Below are positions 54,401 through 62,144 of a stretch of DNA of 64,000 bases, piece by piece. Location of the stretch: assembly GCA_963514005.1 (NCBI GenBank), contig OY740786.1, forward strand, positions 67,890,001 to 67,954,000. The letters are read 5' to 3'. Below the pieces are notes generated by a model. It saw nothing but the letters and a program-made list of their open reading frames with translations. It had not been told where the DNA came from and made no database searches. Within the stretch, counting starts at the first letter, position 1. Each line of letters starts with the position of its first letter. Source of the DNA: Raja brachyura. Taxonomy: Eukaryota. The translations under genes and the position numbers were made by a program.

Positions 54401-57400
54401 GCTGCAGATATAGTTGTCCTTCTGGAAGGTTCTCCCATCTCTACAGAGGAACTCTGGAGCTCTGTCAGTGACCATCGGGTTCTTGGTCACCTCCCTGACC
54501 AAGGCTCTTCTCCCCCAATTGTTCAGTTTGGCCGGGCGGCCAGCTCTATGAAGAGTCTTGGTGGCTCCAAAGTTCTTCCATTTAAGAATGACGGAGACCA
54601 CTGTGCTCTTCGGGACCTGCAATGCTGCAGAAATTGTTTTATACCCTTTCTCAGATCTGTGTCTCGACACAATCCTGTCTCGGAGGTGTATGGATAATTC
54701 CTTCGACTTCATGACATGGTTTTAGCTCTGACATGCACTGTCAACTGTGGGACCTTATATAGACAGGCGTGTGCCTTTCCAAATCATGTCCAATCAATTT
54801 AATTTACCAACTGTGAACTCCAATCAAGTTGGAGAAACATATCAAGAATAATCAATGGAAACAGGATGAATCTAAGCTCAATTTTGAGTGTCATAGCAAA
54901 GGGGTAAATATATATTTATGTAAACATGATATTTCAGTTATTTCTTTTTAATTACTTTGCAAAATTTCTAAACCTGTTTTCTCTTCTTCATTCTGGGGTA
55001 TTGTGTGTAGATTGATGATAAAAAAAATGAATTGAATCAATTTTAAAATAAGGCTGTAATGTAACAAAATGTGGAAAAATGTAAAGGGTCTGAATACTTT
55101 CTGAATGCACTGTATGATTTCAAAATGATCCCAGTCCATTTTCTCGCCCTTTACTTCTTATGGAACTCTACAAAACTGGCATGAAAACAGAAGCAATGAT
55201 TAAAGCTCAAACAATGAAAGAGTTTTGGTAGGCCATTCACTGGAAAAGGAGTACCATATACTTAACTCTAGTTTTGCCTGTGGTGCTGCTACAAGAATTC
55301 AATTGATCTGTTTCAGGACACATGACAATAAAACACTCTTGACTGTTGATTGGTTGAGGTTAATGGACCATCTTCACAGTGCCAGTCATTCAGATCAACG
55401 AATTTAATGGAGTAAAGAATTTATGATTTCTCTGATTTGTAAGTTTTAGCTAATGATCTAGTAAACATTGTCTGGAGACATGCAAATATTTACAGTGAGG
55501 CACCGAAGATAGAAAAAAAGTGTACAAATCTAACTAATTACAGCATTGCAAACACAGTGAGCATCAAGAGAATGGTAGCAAAGAAACAGAAAGAAAATAA
55601 AACAGGAATCACAATCAGAAAATTAACTTACTGAAAATGAATCAATCCTAATTAACCCATCATGATATTGATGTAAGAATTTCACTTGGAGGTAAAAAGA
55701 AACGATTGAGTGCACTACTTTACATTTTGTGTCAGTTTAATCACTAAACATTATATGGGACATGAGCCTGCAAACATCAGGGAACAATGGAGAATAAAGG
55801 AACATGGAAAAAGGTGATGACCTTCCCTAAACTGGATGATCTCTTTTTAGAATTTCATTAAGATGTACCTGAACTGAGGGAAGAAAAATGCACACAATTT
55901 AAAAATAAAATTAAAGAAAATTACCTGATATCTCATTCCTGATTGCACTTTCATATACACATTTTCAAAGGCTTTTTGCTGCAGTTTCACGGGAAGAGCT
56001 TTCAGCTTTACAGACGTATCCTGTACCCGAGTCTCCTGGAAAAGACTAGAGAGAAGAAACTGTTCAACATAAGTGACCCCATTTTATAAAGAGTTTAAGA
56101 AGGAACTGCAGATGTTCGAAAATCAAAGGTAGACATTCATTTTATAAAGAAGTCACATGGTTCCCTTTGTTAAAAGTCCCAGATTGAAAGAAATACAGTA
56201 ACTAGAATAGAGATTACACTCTCACATAATTGTCTGTGTAAAATTTGTAGAGGCTCAACTGTCAAGCTGTATTGGATGTATTGATAAACCTTTGGGGAAA
56301 AAACTGCATATGTTGGAAACAAAGGTCCTGGCGGCATCTGTGGAAATGGAAACAGAGGAAACATTAAACTCTGGTCTAACACCCTTTTTCAAAACTGAGA
56401 AAGGAAGAAAAAAGGCACAAAGTGCTGGAGTAACTCAGCCGGTCAGGTAGCATCCCTGGAGAACATGGATAGGTGATGTATCAGGTTGGGACCCTTCGTG
56501 AACCAGCATCTGCAGTTCTTTGTTTCTACAAGGACAAAAAAAAAGCTTTTAGCAGCAGAGAAGATGTGGGATAGATGGAACAAAATGAATAATTCTGATA
56601 ATGTGAGAGCAAATGAGATTATGCTTATTTTTGTACGTAGTGCTCTGCTGATGCATGTGCAGCAGGTAAGACCATACTAAAAGAAAGATTACCTGGGAGT
56701 TAGGTGCACAAATGTACTACTAACACATTATATGCACAGGTGAGAGATGGATGATGGGCAAAGGGGGAAGGGAAAGGGTGGGGCGGGGGGAGTTGAGCCA
56801 TGGGAGAAGAAACCCAGGTATATAGGCTTGGGTAATGGGCAGATAGTGGGGAAGGGAATGTGAAGGGTAGAGGCTGGTAGATGGGCAGAGCGAGGAAAGG
56901 GAAGGATGGTAGCAAGTTGAGGTAGTAAGGGGGGGGGGGAGAAATAGATTGAAACGGTGAATAAAGATGCTGGATGAAGTGGGAAAGTGTGTTTCCAACT
57001 ACCATCTACAAGCATACCCTCCTCCCCCTCCCAACCTGCGTCCCTCTGTCCATCATTCCCCACCCTATCCCCTTCATCCCCCTCAACACACCACATTCCA
57101 CCTATCACCTTCCGAAGGGAGAAAGAGAGGAAGGAAGAAAGAAGAGAGGAAAGGAGAGAAATTGGGGTATCTCCCTACTAACCGCATTCTCCTGCTGCAG
57201 GTTCGAGGAAGCCATTTCGAGGTGTCATTTGGACAAACCTGAAATCACCAGTGCCACTGTGTGGTCTAGACTGGGCCACCCTTCTTCAGGCTTCCCGAAG
57301 AAGCCATAGACAGCCAGTGCCTCTACTGAGGCCAAGGCTGAGTGGTTGGGGAAAGCCTGAAATGCCTCTTCCTGTCCACGGACATTGAGGAACGTGTCCA

Positions 57401-60294
57401 CACACAGAGGCAGACTGAGTAGCCAGGATAAGCTAGAATCTGCCAGAGCCTCCTCTCATGGCATGGGTGAACTGCAGGGCGAAGCCTGAGACGCAATGGC
57501 TCCTTCGAGACCAGGAGTGCGCTGCCCAGACAAGCCCAAGATCGCTACTGGTGCACTCCTGGTCTCGGAGAGAGGTTTATGGAGGAGTTACAAGCTTGCA
57601 GTCTTCATAGTTGACAATAGACAAGAAGTTGATTCAAATGGGATTTTGTAAGCCTTGTTTTCTCCAAGATACATAGAAACATAGAAATTAGGTGCAGGAG
57701 TAGGCCATTCGGCCCTTCGAGCCTGCACCGCCATTCAATATGATCATGGCTGATCATCCAACTCAGTATCCCGTACCTGCCTTCCCTCCATACCCTCTGA
57801 TCCCCTTAGCCACAAGGGCCACATCTAACTCCCTCTTAAATATAGCCAATGAACTGGCCTCAACTACCCTCTGTGGCAGAGAGTTCCAGAGACCCACCAC
57901 TCTCTGTGTGAAAAAAATCCTTCTCATCTCGGTCCTAAAGGATTTCCCCCTTATCCTTAAGCTGTGACCCCTTGTCCTGGACCTCCCCAACATCGGGAAC
58001 AATCTTCCTGCATTTAGCCTGTCCAACCCCTTAAGAATCTTGTAAGTTTCTATAAGATCTCCTCTCAATCTCCTAAATTCTAGAGAGTATAAACCGAGTC
58101 TATGCAGTCTTTGTTCATAAGACAGTCCTGACATCCCAGGAATCAGTCTGGTGAACCTTCGCTGCACTCCCTCTATGGCAATAATGTCCTTCCTCAGATT
58201 TGGAGACCAGAACTGTACGCAATACTCCAGGTGTGGCTTCACCAAGACCCTATACAACTGAAGTAGAACCTCCCTGCTCCTATACTCAAATCCTTTTGCT
58301 ATGAAAGCTAACATACCATTGGCTTTCTTCACTGCCTGCTGTACCTGCATGCCTACTTTCAATGAGTGGTGTACCATGACACCCAGGTCGCGCTGCATCT
58401 CCCCTTTTCCTAATCGGCCACCATTTAGATAATAGTCGGTTTTCCTATTTTTGCCACCAAAGTGGATAATCTCACATTTATCCACATTATACTGCATCTG
58501 CCAAACATTTGCCCACTCACCCAGCCTATCCAAGTCACCTTGCATTCTCCTAGCATCCTCCTCACAGCTAACACTGCCCCCCAGCTTAGTGTCATCCGCA
58601 AACTTGGAGATATTGCCTTCAATTCCCTCATCCAGATCATTTATGTATATTGTAAATAGCTGGGGTCCCAGCACTGAGCCTTGCGGTACCCCACTAGTCA
58701 CTGCCTGCCATTGTGAAAACGACCCGTTTACTCCTACTCTTTGCTTCCTGTTTGCCAACCAGTTCTCTATCCACATCAATACTGAACCCCCAATGCTATA
58801 TGCTTTAAGTTTATATACTAATCGCTTATGTGGGACCTTGTCGAAAGCCTTCTGGAAGTCCAGATACACCACATCCACTGGTTCTCCCCCATCCACGCTA
58901 CTAGTTACATCCTCGAAAAATTCCACAAGATTCGTCAGACATGATTTACCTTTCGTAAATCCATGCTGACTTTGTCCAATGATTTCACCACTTTCCAAAT
59001 GTGCTGCTATCCCATCTTTAATAACTGACTCTAGCAGTTTCCCCACTACCGATGTTAGACTAACTGGTCTGTAATTCCCCGTTTTCTCTCTCCCCCCCCC
59101 TTCTTAAAAAGAGGGGTTACGTTTGCTACCCGCCAATCCTCAGGAACTACTCCAGAATCTAAAGAGTTTTGAAAGATTATCACTAATGCATCCACTATTT
59201 CCGGAGCTACTTCCTTAAGTACTCTGGGATGCAGCCTATCTGGCCCTGGGGATTTATCGGCCTTTAATCCATTCAATTTACCCAACACCACTTCCCGACT
59301 AACCTGGATTTCACTCAAGTACTCCTTTGACCTGCGGTCCCCTGCTATTTCCGGCAGATTATTTATGTCTTCCTTAGTGAAGACGGAACCAAAGTAGTTA
59401 TTCAATTGGTCCGCCATATCCTTGTTCCCCATGATCAACTCACCTGTTTCTGACTGCAAGGGACCTACATTTGTTTTAACTAATCTATTTCTCTTCACAT
59501 ATCTATAAAAACCTTTGCAGTCAGTTTTTATGTTCCCTGCCAGTTTTCTTTCATAATCTATTTTTCCTTTCCTAATCAAGCCCTTGAAATGAATTGATAC
59601 AAAATGAATTGATATACATCATCTTAATTTCTCAGAAATCTTTTCGGCCCTGGCATTACTCATGAGGTCAACTGATATAATCTTTTACAGCTCAGGATTA
59701 CTGCATTTGAAAACTGAAAAATTACCTGCTTATAGACATAGCAGTGAGCATTCGAACTTGGTGATGACTGTCTGTTAGGAACTCTGTGTAGGCTTCAGAG
59801 ACAGGCAATTCTTCATCTCGGATGGAAAGCACAGTCCACTTGGAGTGAGGATCTTTCTGAAAAGCCATAAAAAACAAAACATTATCAAAAAACATTAGTC
59901 ACACTAACAAAAGTGAACCATTTAACATGAACACAATATAGGCTGTAATATTCCATTTGCATCTTGAAGATACCAACAGACTATTAATGTAGGTTTTATT
60001 CACAATCAGGTCTCGAGTATTTTATTGTTATATGTCCCGAACCAGTAGAATGATATTCTTGTATATTATCCCGTGTACTATCTGATATCAGGATCTCAAG
60101 AAAAAGGCTACAAGGTGACTACAGTTTAAGCGTTGTGTAATAAAATTAGCCATTTATGAAAATCCAATAATTTCTCAGCAAGTACGGAAAACAATTAAAT
60201 CTGGTCAGAGGTCAGTGTTCAAACGAATGCTTCAGGTTGGAAACTATCTGTCAAAACTGATCACAACTCTCTCATTTTTGTAATTCAATTGTTA

Positions 60295-60336
<42 letters not shown>

Positions 60337-61014
60337 GTGAAAACATCTGATAATATGATGGAATTGGTTAAACGTTTAAAGATAATGTTATTACATTGCA
60401 ATTAGGTCATGTTCACAAGCAGGTAATGCCATTAATTGTTGTTACATAAAACATGGACCCATGTGTTGAGAATTGGATTTTCTGTTCTGCAAAGTGTTCC
60501 AAAACGTATTTTCCTATAGTTCCTGGAGTTTGTAGAATGAGCAATTTCTGTGATACAAACAATTTTAAGGGGTAAGGTGAGGTTGGCAGGATAGATGCTA
60601 AGAAGCTATTTAATCTTTAGTTGCATGTTCTAATTATCAGGAGTATAAGGGGACCTTTTGTACATGGTCAAAACAGTTAACTGTTCAAACCAATGATAAA
60701 TTTTAATCAAAGAAAGATACAAAATGCTGGACTAACTCAGTAGGTCAGGCAGCATCTCTGGAGAACAGGGATGAGTAATGTTTCAGGTCAGGACCCTTCT
60801 TCAGACAGATGATCTTTTAGATGAATACATTTAGATTAATAAAATAGACTGATATATTTTGAACATTTTGATCATTTGTTAGGTGAATATAAACACTTTG
60901 TTATGTGAATATATATAATTTATTATGTGAATATATACCTCAAGTAGGGCTTTCATGCATCTCACCAGAGCAGTTCTCACTTGCACGTTACATTTTCCTT
61001 CTTTGCTTAGATGC
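346..61014 (-). CDS. ATM: ATM serine/threonine kinase (PIKK), partial: 35 exons equivalent to human exons 21-55
   Basis: Exon translations match ATM (e.g. [51 protein letters not shown]). All junctions are GT-AG, phases are compatible, and the summed length 5083 nt = 1 + 1694 codons with no stop. Confidence 0.99.
762..1458. mobile_element. Non-autonomous PIF/Harbinger-like DNA element (MITE)
   Basis: Terminal inverted repeats (TIRs) TGGGCAAGTCCCACTTAGGCAA / TTGCCTAAGTGGGACAGGCCCA, flanked by TAA/TTA. Confidence 0.75.
1964..2043 (-). CDS. ATM: ATM exon 54 equivalent (80 nt)
   Basis: [26 protein letters not shown]. Confidence 0.96.
2559..2697 (-). CDS. ATM: ATM exon 53 equivalent (139 nt)
   Basis: [46 protein letters not shown]. 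Confidence 0.96.
3452..3601 (-). CDS. ATM: ATM exon 52 equivalent (150 nt)
   Basis: [50 protein letters not shown]. Confidence 0.95.
3920..4550 (+). mobile_element. Penelope-like element 3' remnant: GIY-YIG endonuclease C-terminus plus pseudo-LTR (pLTR) tail with hammerhead
   Basis: [28 protein letters not shown]...HFNSPSH...[13 protein letters not shown] (Cys-containing GIY-YIG, Neptune-type), followed by the hammerhead tail. Confidence 0.9.
4455..4489 (+). ncRNA. Minimal type-I hammerhead ribozyme motif (Penelope pLTR), intact core
   Basis: CTGAAGA(A) GGGT-CTCG-ACCC GAAAC GTC; helix III is reduced to the ACGT palindrome, as in the dimeric hammerheads of Penelope-like elements (PLEs). Confidence 0.75.
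4570..5460 (+). mobile_element. GC-rich non-autonomous retroposon with L2/Rex-like (GATT)n tail
   Basis: 5' ggcagccctgccagcaatgtgtt is shared with the copy at 9862-10598; ends aataaaactgattgactgattga. Confidence 0.55.
6200..8865 (-). mobile_element. L1-clade LINE, 5'-truncated, frameshifted ORF2 (reverse transcriptase, RT, plus C-terminus)
   Basis: [53 protein letters not shown] across ORFs at 8538, 7823, 6814 and 6371; A-rich 3' end near 6200-6235. Confidence 0.93.
8997..9215 (+). mobile_element. HE1-like tRNA-derived SINE (internally deleted)
   Basis: ggcacagtggtgcagctggtaga A-box head, gtggagtttgcacattctcc central domain, CR1-like tail. Confidence 0.75.
9268..9381 (-). CDS. ATM: ATM exon 51 equivalent (114 nt)
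   Basis: [38 protein letters not shown]. Confidence 0.97.
9657..10619. mobile_element. Head-to-head pair of Penelope hammerhead tails (TSD TCATAAGAAAG) with a later nested retroposon
   Basis: TSD at 9646-9656 and 10620-10630; inverted arms 9661-9860, right arm resumes at ~10600. Confidence 0.75.
9862..10598 (-). mobile_element. GC-rich non-autonomous retroposon related to 4570-5460
   Basis: (CAAT)n tail at 9862-9875; shared 5' motif. Confidence 0.55.
11182..12051 (-). mobile_element. Vingi/Ingi-like LINE 3' fragment
   Basis: [15 protein letters not shown] ... [21 protein letters not shown]...[11 protein letters not shown] zinc knuckle; (AAG)n tail; 12-bp TSD CACTGAGATAAT (11170-11181, 12062-12073). 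Confidence 0.75.
12235..12721 (-). mobile_element. Non-autonomous Helitron
   Basis: Minus strand begins TCTATAC and ends with a hairpin (gacccaac...gggtc) then CTAAG; inserted between A and T; no TSD. Confidence 0.65.
12280..12362 (+). repeat. 18-bp GC-rich minisatellite (GGGCTGCTGCTTGGGGCA-like x~4.5) inside the Helitron
   Basis: Visible tandem units. Confidence 0.8.
12760..13075 (-). mobile_element. Degenerate Penelope GIY-YIG fragment
   Basis: Reverse complement encodes [19 protein letters not shown]-like sequence, homologous to 3920-4224. Confidence 0.75.
13315..13522 (-). CDS. ATM: ATM exon 50 equivalent (208 nt)
   Basis: [13 protein letters not shown]...[21 protein letters not shown]. 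Confidence 0.97.
15415..15620 (-). CDS. ATM: ATM exon 49 equivalent (206 nt)
   Basis: AVTHSIQ...[32 protein letters not shown]...HKVQINR. Confidence 0.97.
15764..15883 (-). CDS. ATM: ATM exon 48 equivalent (120 nt)
   Basis: [40 protein letters not shown]. Confidence 0.96.
16613..16765 (-). CDS. ATM: ATM exon 47 equivalent (153 nt)
   Basis: [51 protein letters not shown]; donor GAG/GTAAAT chosen because it gives phase 0. Confidence 0.9.
16991..17225 (-). CDS. ATM: ATM exon 46 equivalent (235 nt)
   Basis: [39 protein letters not shown]...LARAAKNSQ. Confidence 0.97.
17575..17694 (-). CDS. ATM: ATM exon 45 equivalent (120 nt)
   Basis: [40 protein letters not shown]. Confidence 0.97.
17904..18008 (-). 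CDS. ATM: ATM exon 44 equivalent (105 nt)
   Basis: [35 protein letters not shown]. Confidence 0.96.
18704..18852 (-). CDS. ATM: ATM exon 43 equivalent (149 nt)
   Basis: [50 protein letters not shown]; acceptor is GAG. Confidence 0.96.
19490..19782 (+). mobile_element. Rex1/L2-like LINE 3' end
   Basis: cttccctctgga...aaaaacagtttttttcc; aataaa followed by (ATTC)n tail. Confidence 0.65.
20372..20495 (+). mobile_element. Penelope hammerhead micro-element, 15-bp TSD ATTACTAAAACAGGT
   Basis: TSD at 20357-20371 and 20496-20510; insert begins exactly at CTGAAGA. Confidence 0.88.
21089..21285. mobile_element. Harbinger-like MITE (197 bp)
   Basis: TIRs AGGACTGTCCCACTTGGGCAT / ATGCTCAAGTGGGACAGACCCT; TAA/TTA flanks. 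Confidence 0.72.
21325..23670 (+). mobile_element. Rex1/Babar LINE: RT on + (21681-22388, 22996-23453) with a 5' inverted endonuclease fragment (21325-21681)
   Basis: HIIAGDFNH...GQSDH on -; [62 protein letters not shown] on +. Confidence 0.92.
22389..22995 (-). mobile_element. Second Rex1/Babar 3' fragment nested antisense in the first
   Basis: [19 protein letters not shown]...KNSFF; (GAATT)n tail; TSD AGGACCT (22382-22388, 22996-23002). Confidence 0.9.
23929..24031 (-). CDS. ATM: ATM exon 42 equivalent (103 nt)
   Basis: [34 protein letters not shown]. Confidence 0.97.
25179..25267 (-). CDS. ATM: ATM exon 41 equivalent (89 nt)
   Basis: [30 protein letters not shown]. Confidence 0.97.
26555..26663 (-). 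CDS. ATM: ATM exon 40 equivalent (109 nt); contains the S1981-equivalent SQ autophosphorylation site (codon 26618-26620)
   Basis: [36 protein letters not shown]; an alternative in-frame acceptor is possible at 26651. Confidence 0.93.
26906..27203 (-). mobile_element. HE1-like tRNA SINE
   Basis: B-box ggttcgatcc, conserved central domain, CR1-like tail. Confidence 0.85.
27305..28210 (+). mobile_element. Penelope 3' tail with degenerate hammerhead, split by a nested DNA element
   Basis: atgaacattgacttc...agtctgaagaagaatctccacctgaaacatt. Confidence 0.7.
27371..28023. mobile_element. GC-rich non-autonomous DNA element (GGG...CCC ends, ATA flanks; PIF/ISL2EU-like?)
   Basis: Short imperfect TIR GGGAGGTT/AACCCCC; cleanly interrupts the Penelope tail. 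Confidence 0.5.
29094..29252 (-). CDS. ATM: ATM exon 39 equivalent (159 nt)
   Basis: [53 protein letters not shown]. Confidence 0.95.
29644..29731 (-). CDS. ATM: ATM exon 38 equivalent (88 nt)
   Basis: [30 protein letters not shown]. Confidence 0.95.
29857..31520. mobile_element. Harbinger-like non-autonomous element, TAA TSD, with a nested insert
   Basis: TIRs AGGGCCTGTCCCACTTAGGC / GCCTAAGTGGGACAGGTCCT; TAA on both sides; internal ctacgac repeats. Confidence 0.8.
29999..31061. mobile_element. Nested non-autonomous DNA element with imperfect TIRs (TAG...CTA)
   Basis: TAGGTATGTTCCAAAA versus reverse complement of the end, TAGCAATGTTACAGAA; possible TSD TACCAG. Confidence 0.55.
32250..32890 (+). 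mobile_element. Degenerate Rex1/L2-like 3' fragment
   Basis: gccaagaaagcacaccaaaacctctacttcc...ccagattcagggacagtttc; (AAAAT)n tail. Confidence 0.7.
34402..34579 (-). CDS. ATM: ATM exon 37 equivalent (178 nt)
   Basis: [21 protein letters not shown]...[11 protein letters not shown]. Confidence 0.97.
35282..35458 (-). CDS. ATM: ATM exon 36 equivalent (177 nt)
   Basis: VPELLADS...[44 protein letters not shown]. Confidence 0.96.
36007..36157 (-). CDS. ATM: ATM exon 35 equivalent (151 nt)
   Basis: [50 protein letters not shown]. Confidence 0.96.
37003..37174 (-). CDS. ATM: ATM exon 34 equivalent (172 nt)
   Basis: [20 protein letters not shown]...NNALIDQ. Confidence 0.96.
37382..37478 (-). mobile_element. 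Penelope hammerhead micro-element, 12-bp TSD TATTATCAAGTG
   Basis: TSD at 37370-37381 and 37479-37490; minus strand starts GTCTGATGAATGGTCTTGACCCGAAACGTC. Confidence 0.85.
37749..38068 (+). mobile_element. HE1-like tRNA SINE inserted in a Penelope inverted pair (37590-38120)
   Basis: cacggtggaacagcggtagagttgctgcc...ccgggttcaaacctgacc; (CTAAA)n tail. Confidence 0.85.
38635..39844 (-). mobile_element. 5'-truncated L1 (ORF2 C-terminus plus 3'UTR), 18-bp TSD AAGACTTTCTAGTTTTCT
   Basis: [23 protein letters not shown]...KIWSPFI; TSD at 38617-38634 and 39845-39862. Confidence 0.9.
39356..39448 (+). mobile_element. Penelope hammerhead micro-element nested in L1, 14-bp TSD AAGGAATGTGCTAT
   Basis: TSD at 39342-39355 and 39449-39462; insert starts TGAAGAAGGGTCTCGACCCGAAACGTC. 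Confidence 0.9.
39946..40041 (-). CDS. ATM: ATM exon 33 equivalent (96 nt)
   Basis: [32 protein letters not shown]. Confidence 0.95.
40863..40995 (-). CDS. ATM: ATM exon 32 equivalent (133 nt)
   Basis: [44 protein letters not shown]. Confidence 0.96.
41293..41494. mobile_element. hAT (Charlie-like) MITE
   Basis: TIRs CAGTGGTTCCCAACC / GGTTGGGAATCACTG; left flank TTCTAGAC. Confidence 0.8.
42500..42760 (-). mobile_element. HE1-like tRNA SINE
   Basis: Homologous to 37749-38068. Confidence 0.8.
43250..43610 (+). mobile_element. Penelope 3' remnant with intact hammerhead core at 43543-43570
   Basis: [26 protein letters not shown], then CTGAAGAAGGGTCTCGACCCGAAACGTC. Confidence 0.85.
43829..43993 (-). 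CDS. ATM: ATM exon 31 equivalent (165 nt)
   Basis: [55 protein letters not shown]. Confidence 0.96.
44205..44690 (+). mobile_element. CR1 LINE 3' fragment
   Basis: [37 protein letters not shown]. Confidence 0.85.
44715..44909. mobile_element. Head-to-head Penelope tail pair, 10-bp TSD TTACAATTCT
   Basis: TSD at 44705-44714 and 44910-44919; near-perfect inverted arms. Confidence 0.82.
45320..45494 (-). CDS. ATM: ATM exon 30 equivalent (175 nt)
   Basis: [19 protein letters not shown]...[27 protein letters not shown]. Confidence 0.97.
46122..46321 (-). CDS. ATM: ATM exon 29 equivalent (200 nt)
   Basis: [11 protein letters not shown]...[12 protein letters not shown]...[19 protein letters not shown]. 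Confidence 0.97.
46565..46815 (-). mobile_element. RTE-clade LINE internal fragment
   Basis: [28 protein letters not shown]...[10 protein letters not shown]...KDHFQELLN. Confidence 0.75.
46972..47098 (-). CDS. ATM: ATM exon 28 equivalent (127 nt)
   Basis: [42 protein letters not shown]. Confidence 0.97.
47650..47768 (-). CDS. ATM: ATM exon 27 equivalent (119 nt)
   Basis: [40 protein letters not shown]. Confidence 0.94.
48065..48550 (+). mobile_element. Penelope 3' remnant
   Basis: cactttaactcccc...ctggaagaacagcacctcatattt; hammerhead interrupted by a (CATAGAAA)-like insertion. Confidence 0.7.
48870..49550 (+). mobile_element. Degenerate CR1 3' fragment
   Basis: ttggagtattgccttcagttctggtc...actagagggcatagc. 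Confidence 0.75.
49906..50158 (-). CDS. ATM: ATM exon 26 equivalent (253 nt)
   Basis: [10 protein letters not shown]...[18 protein letters not shown]...[15 protein letters not shown]. Confidence 0.96.
51245..51414 (-). CDS. ATM: ATM exon 25 equivalent (170 nt)
   Basis: [30 protein letters not shown]...[16 protein letters not shown]. Confidence 0.95.
51698..51995 (-). mobile_element. HE1-like tRNA SINE
   Basis: Homologous to the other HE1 copies. Confidence 0.8.
52142..52312 (-). CDS. ATM: ATM exon 24 equivalent (171 nt)
   Basis: [20 protein letters not shown]...[29 protein letters not shown]. Confidence 0.95.
52617..52922. mobile_element. Head-to-head Penelope tail pair, 12-bp TSD ATAATATTAATG, with a perfect 24-bp central hairpin
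   Basis: TSD at 52605-52616 and 52923-52934; arms 52723-52746 and 52753-52776. Confidence 0.82.
53498..55112 (-). mobile_element. Tc1/mariner (Tc1) transposon, full length, defective
   Basis: ~210-bp TIRs, TA TSD; transposase 54712-53719 with [26 protein letters not shown] (catalytic E to K) and frameshifts. Confidence 0.95.
55925..56045 (-). CDS. ATM: ATM exon 23 equivalent (121 nt)
   Basis: [40 protein letters not shown]; AG/GT. Confidence 0.95.
57670..59586 (-). mobile_element. Young 5'-truncated CR1 LINE with near-intact RT
   Basis: 427-aa open frame ([32 protein letters not shown]) plus a 174-aa upstream frame, separated by one frameshift in a C-run at ~59091-59100; (TTCTATGT)n tail. 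Confidence 0.95.
59726..59856 (-). CDS. ATM: ATM exon 22 equivalent (131 nt)
   Basis: [43 protein letters not shown]; AG/GT. Confidence 0.95.
60297..60333. repeat. (CT)n microsatellite
   Basis: Direct observation. Confidence 0.95.
60939..61014 (-). CDS. ATM: ATM exon 21 equivalent (76 nt)
   Basis: [25 protein letters not shown]; taatag/ ... /gtatat. Confidence 0.9.
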
Positions 61015-62144
61015 CTATTATAAATGAGAACCAGAAGTTATAGAACCTCTCCAGCATGCCTCAACAACCAATAATATCTCAATTGATTCCCTACATTGTC
61101 TACTTTCACATCCAAACCACATATTTTTTAACCACCCCCCCTCGCATGAATACCTGGAATGTGACCAATGATTGTCATTCATGGGACAATGAGTTGAGAA
61201 ATTCAACAGATTCACACGATTCTGAGTTGTTTTATTCCTGGTATTAATGTTAAATGGATAACCCTATCCTTATCATGAACGTGCCCTCTAGTTCTAGAAC
61301 TACCAGTTAAAGGAAACAGCACTTCCCCACAATGATACGAGCTCTCATTCTTCTGTTCCATGAGGATGGGCCAATCTTGGCTGAGTAGCACACACAACAT
61401 TGGTACAGTAATAGAGAAATTAATGTACTAAACTAGAATTCAGAGTTCTGGACTAACAGTTCAGATGCACAAGCAGTCCGAAGAAGGGTCCCGAGCTGAA
61501 ATATCGCCTATCCATGCTCTCCAGAGAAGCTGCCTCACCTGCTGAATAATTCAGCACTGTGGGTCTTTATTTGTAAACCAGCATCTGCAGTTCCTTGTGT
61601 CTAGACAAGTTTGAGGCAGGCACTATTGCAATGTTTAAGAAATATTTAGACAGGTACATGGATAGGATAGGTTTAGAGGGATATAGACCAAATGCAGGTA
61701 GGAGTGGTGTGGAAGAATTATGTTTAACAAATCAGGAGTTAAAACTTGGTCAAGAAGGAACTGCAGATGCTGGAAAATCGAAGGTAGACAAAATTGCTGG
61801 AGAAACTAAGCGGGTGCTAAAACCTAGTACTCGCTTGTGACTTCTCCATGGTGCTTACTTGTAAATTCCTGAGCATACATATCTGCAGCTGTAGATAACT
61901 GTCCCCGGTATATTAAAACAACGAATGAACTAAAGGCAATAGCAGGGTAGAGGTTATCTCGCAACACACCACTGCATGGTCGGAAACTGGAGATAGCACG
62001 TATGTTGTTCAACTTACAAGTGATTTTTATGGATAATCACAAGAAGACTGGCCTTTTGGCCGATCGTTCATTTTAAAAAAGATATCGTACTGGAAAGGGA
62101 ACTAGAGGCAGGAGATGGAGATCCCACGCGTGATTCTAATTATA

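Noticed and set aside
58451-58969. 172-aa plus-strand ORF
   Set aside because: Antisense shadow of the CR1 RT frame.
61824-62012. Minus-strand stretch with a GTAAGC donor-like site, considered as ATM exon 20
   Set aside because: The translation I checked does not resemble ATM exon 20 (YRRDQDVC...AFW); that exon is probably beyond the window.
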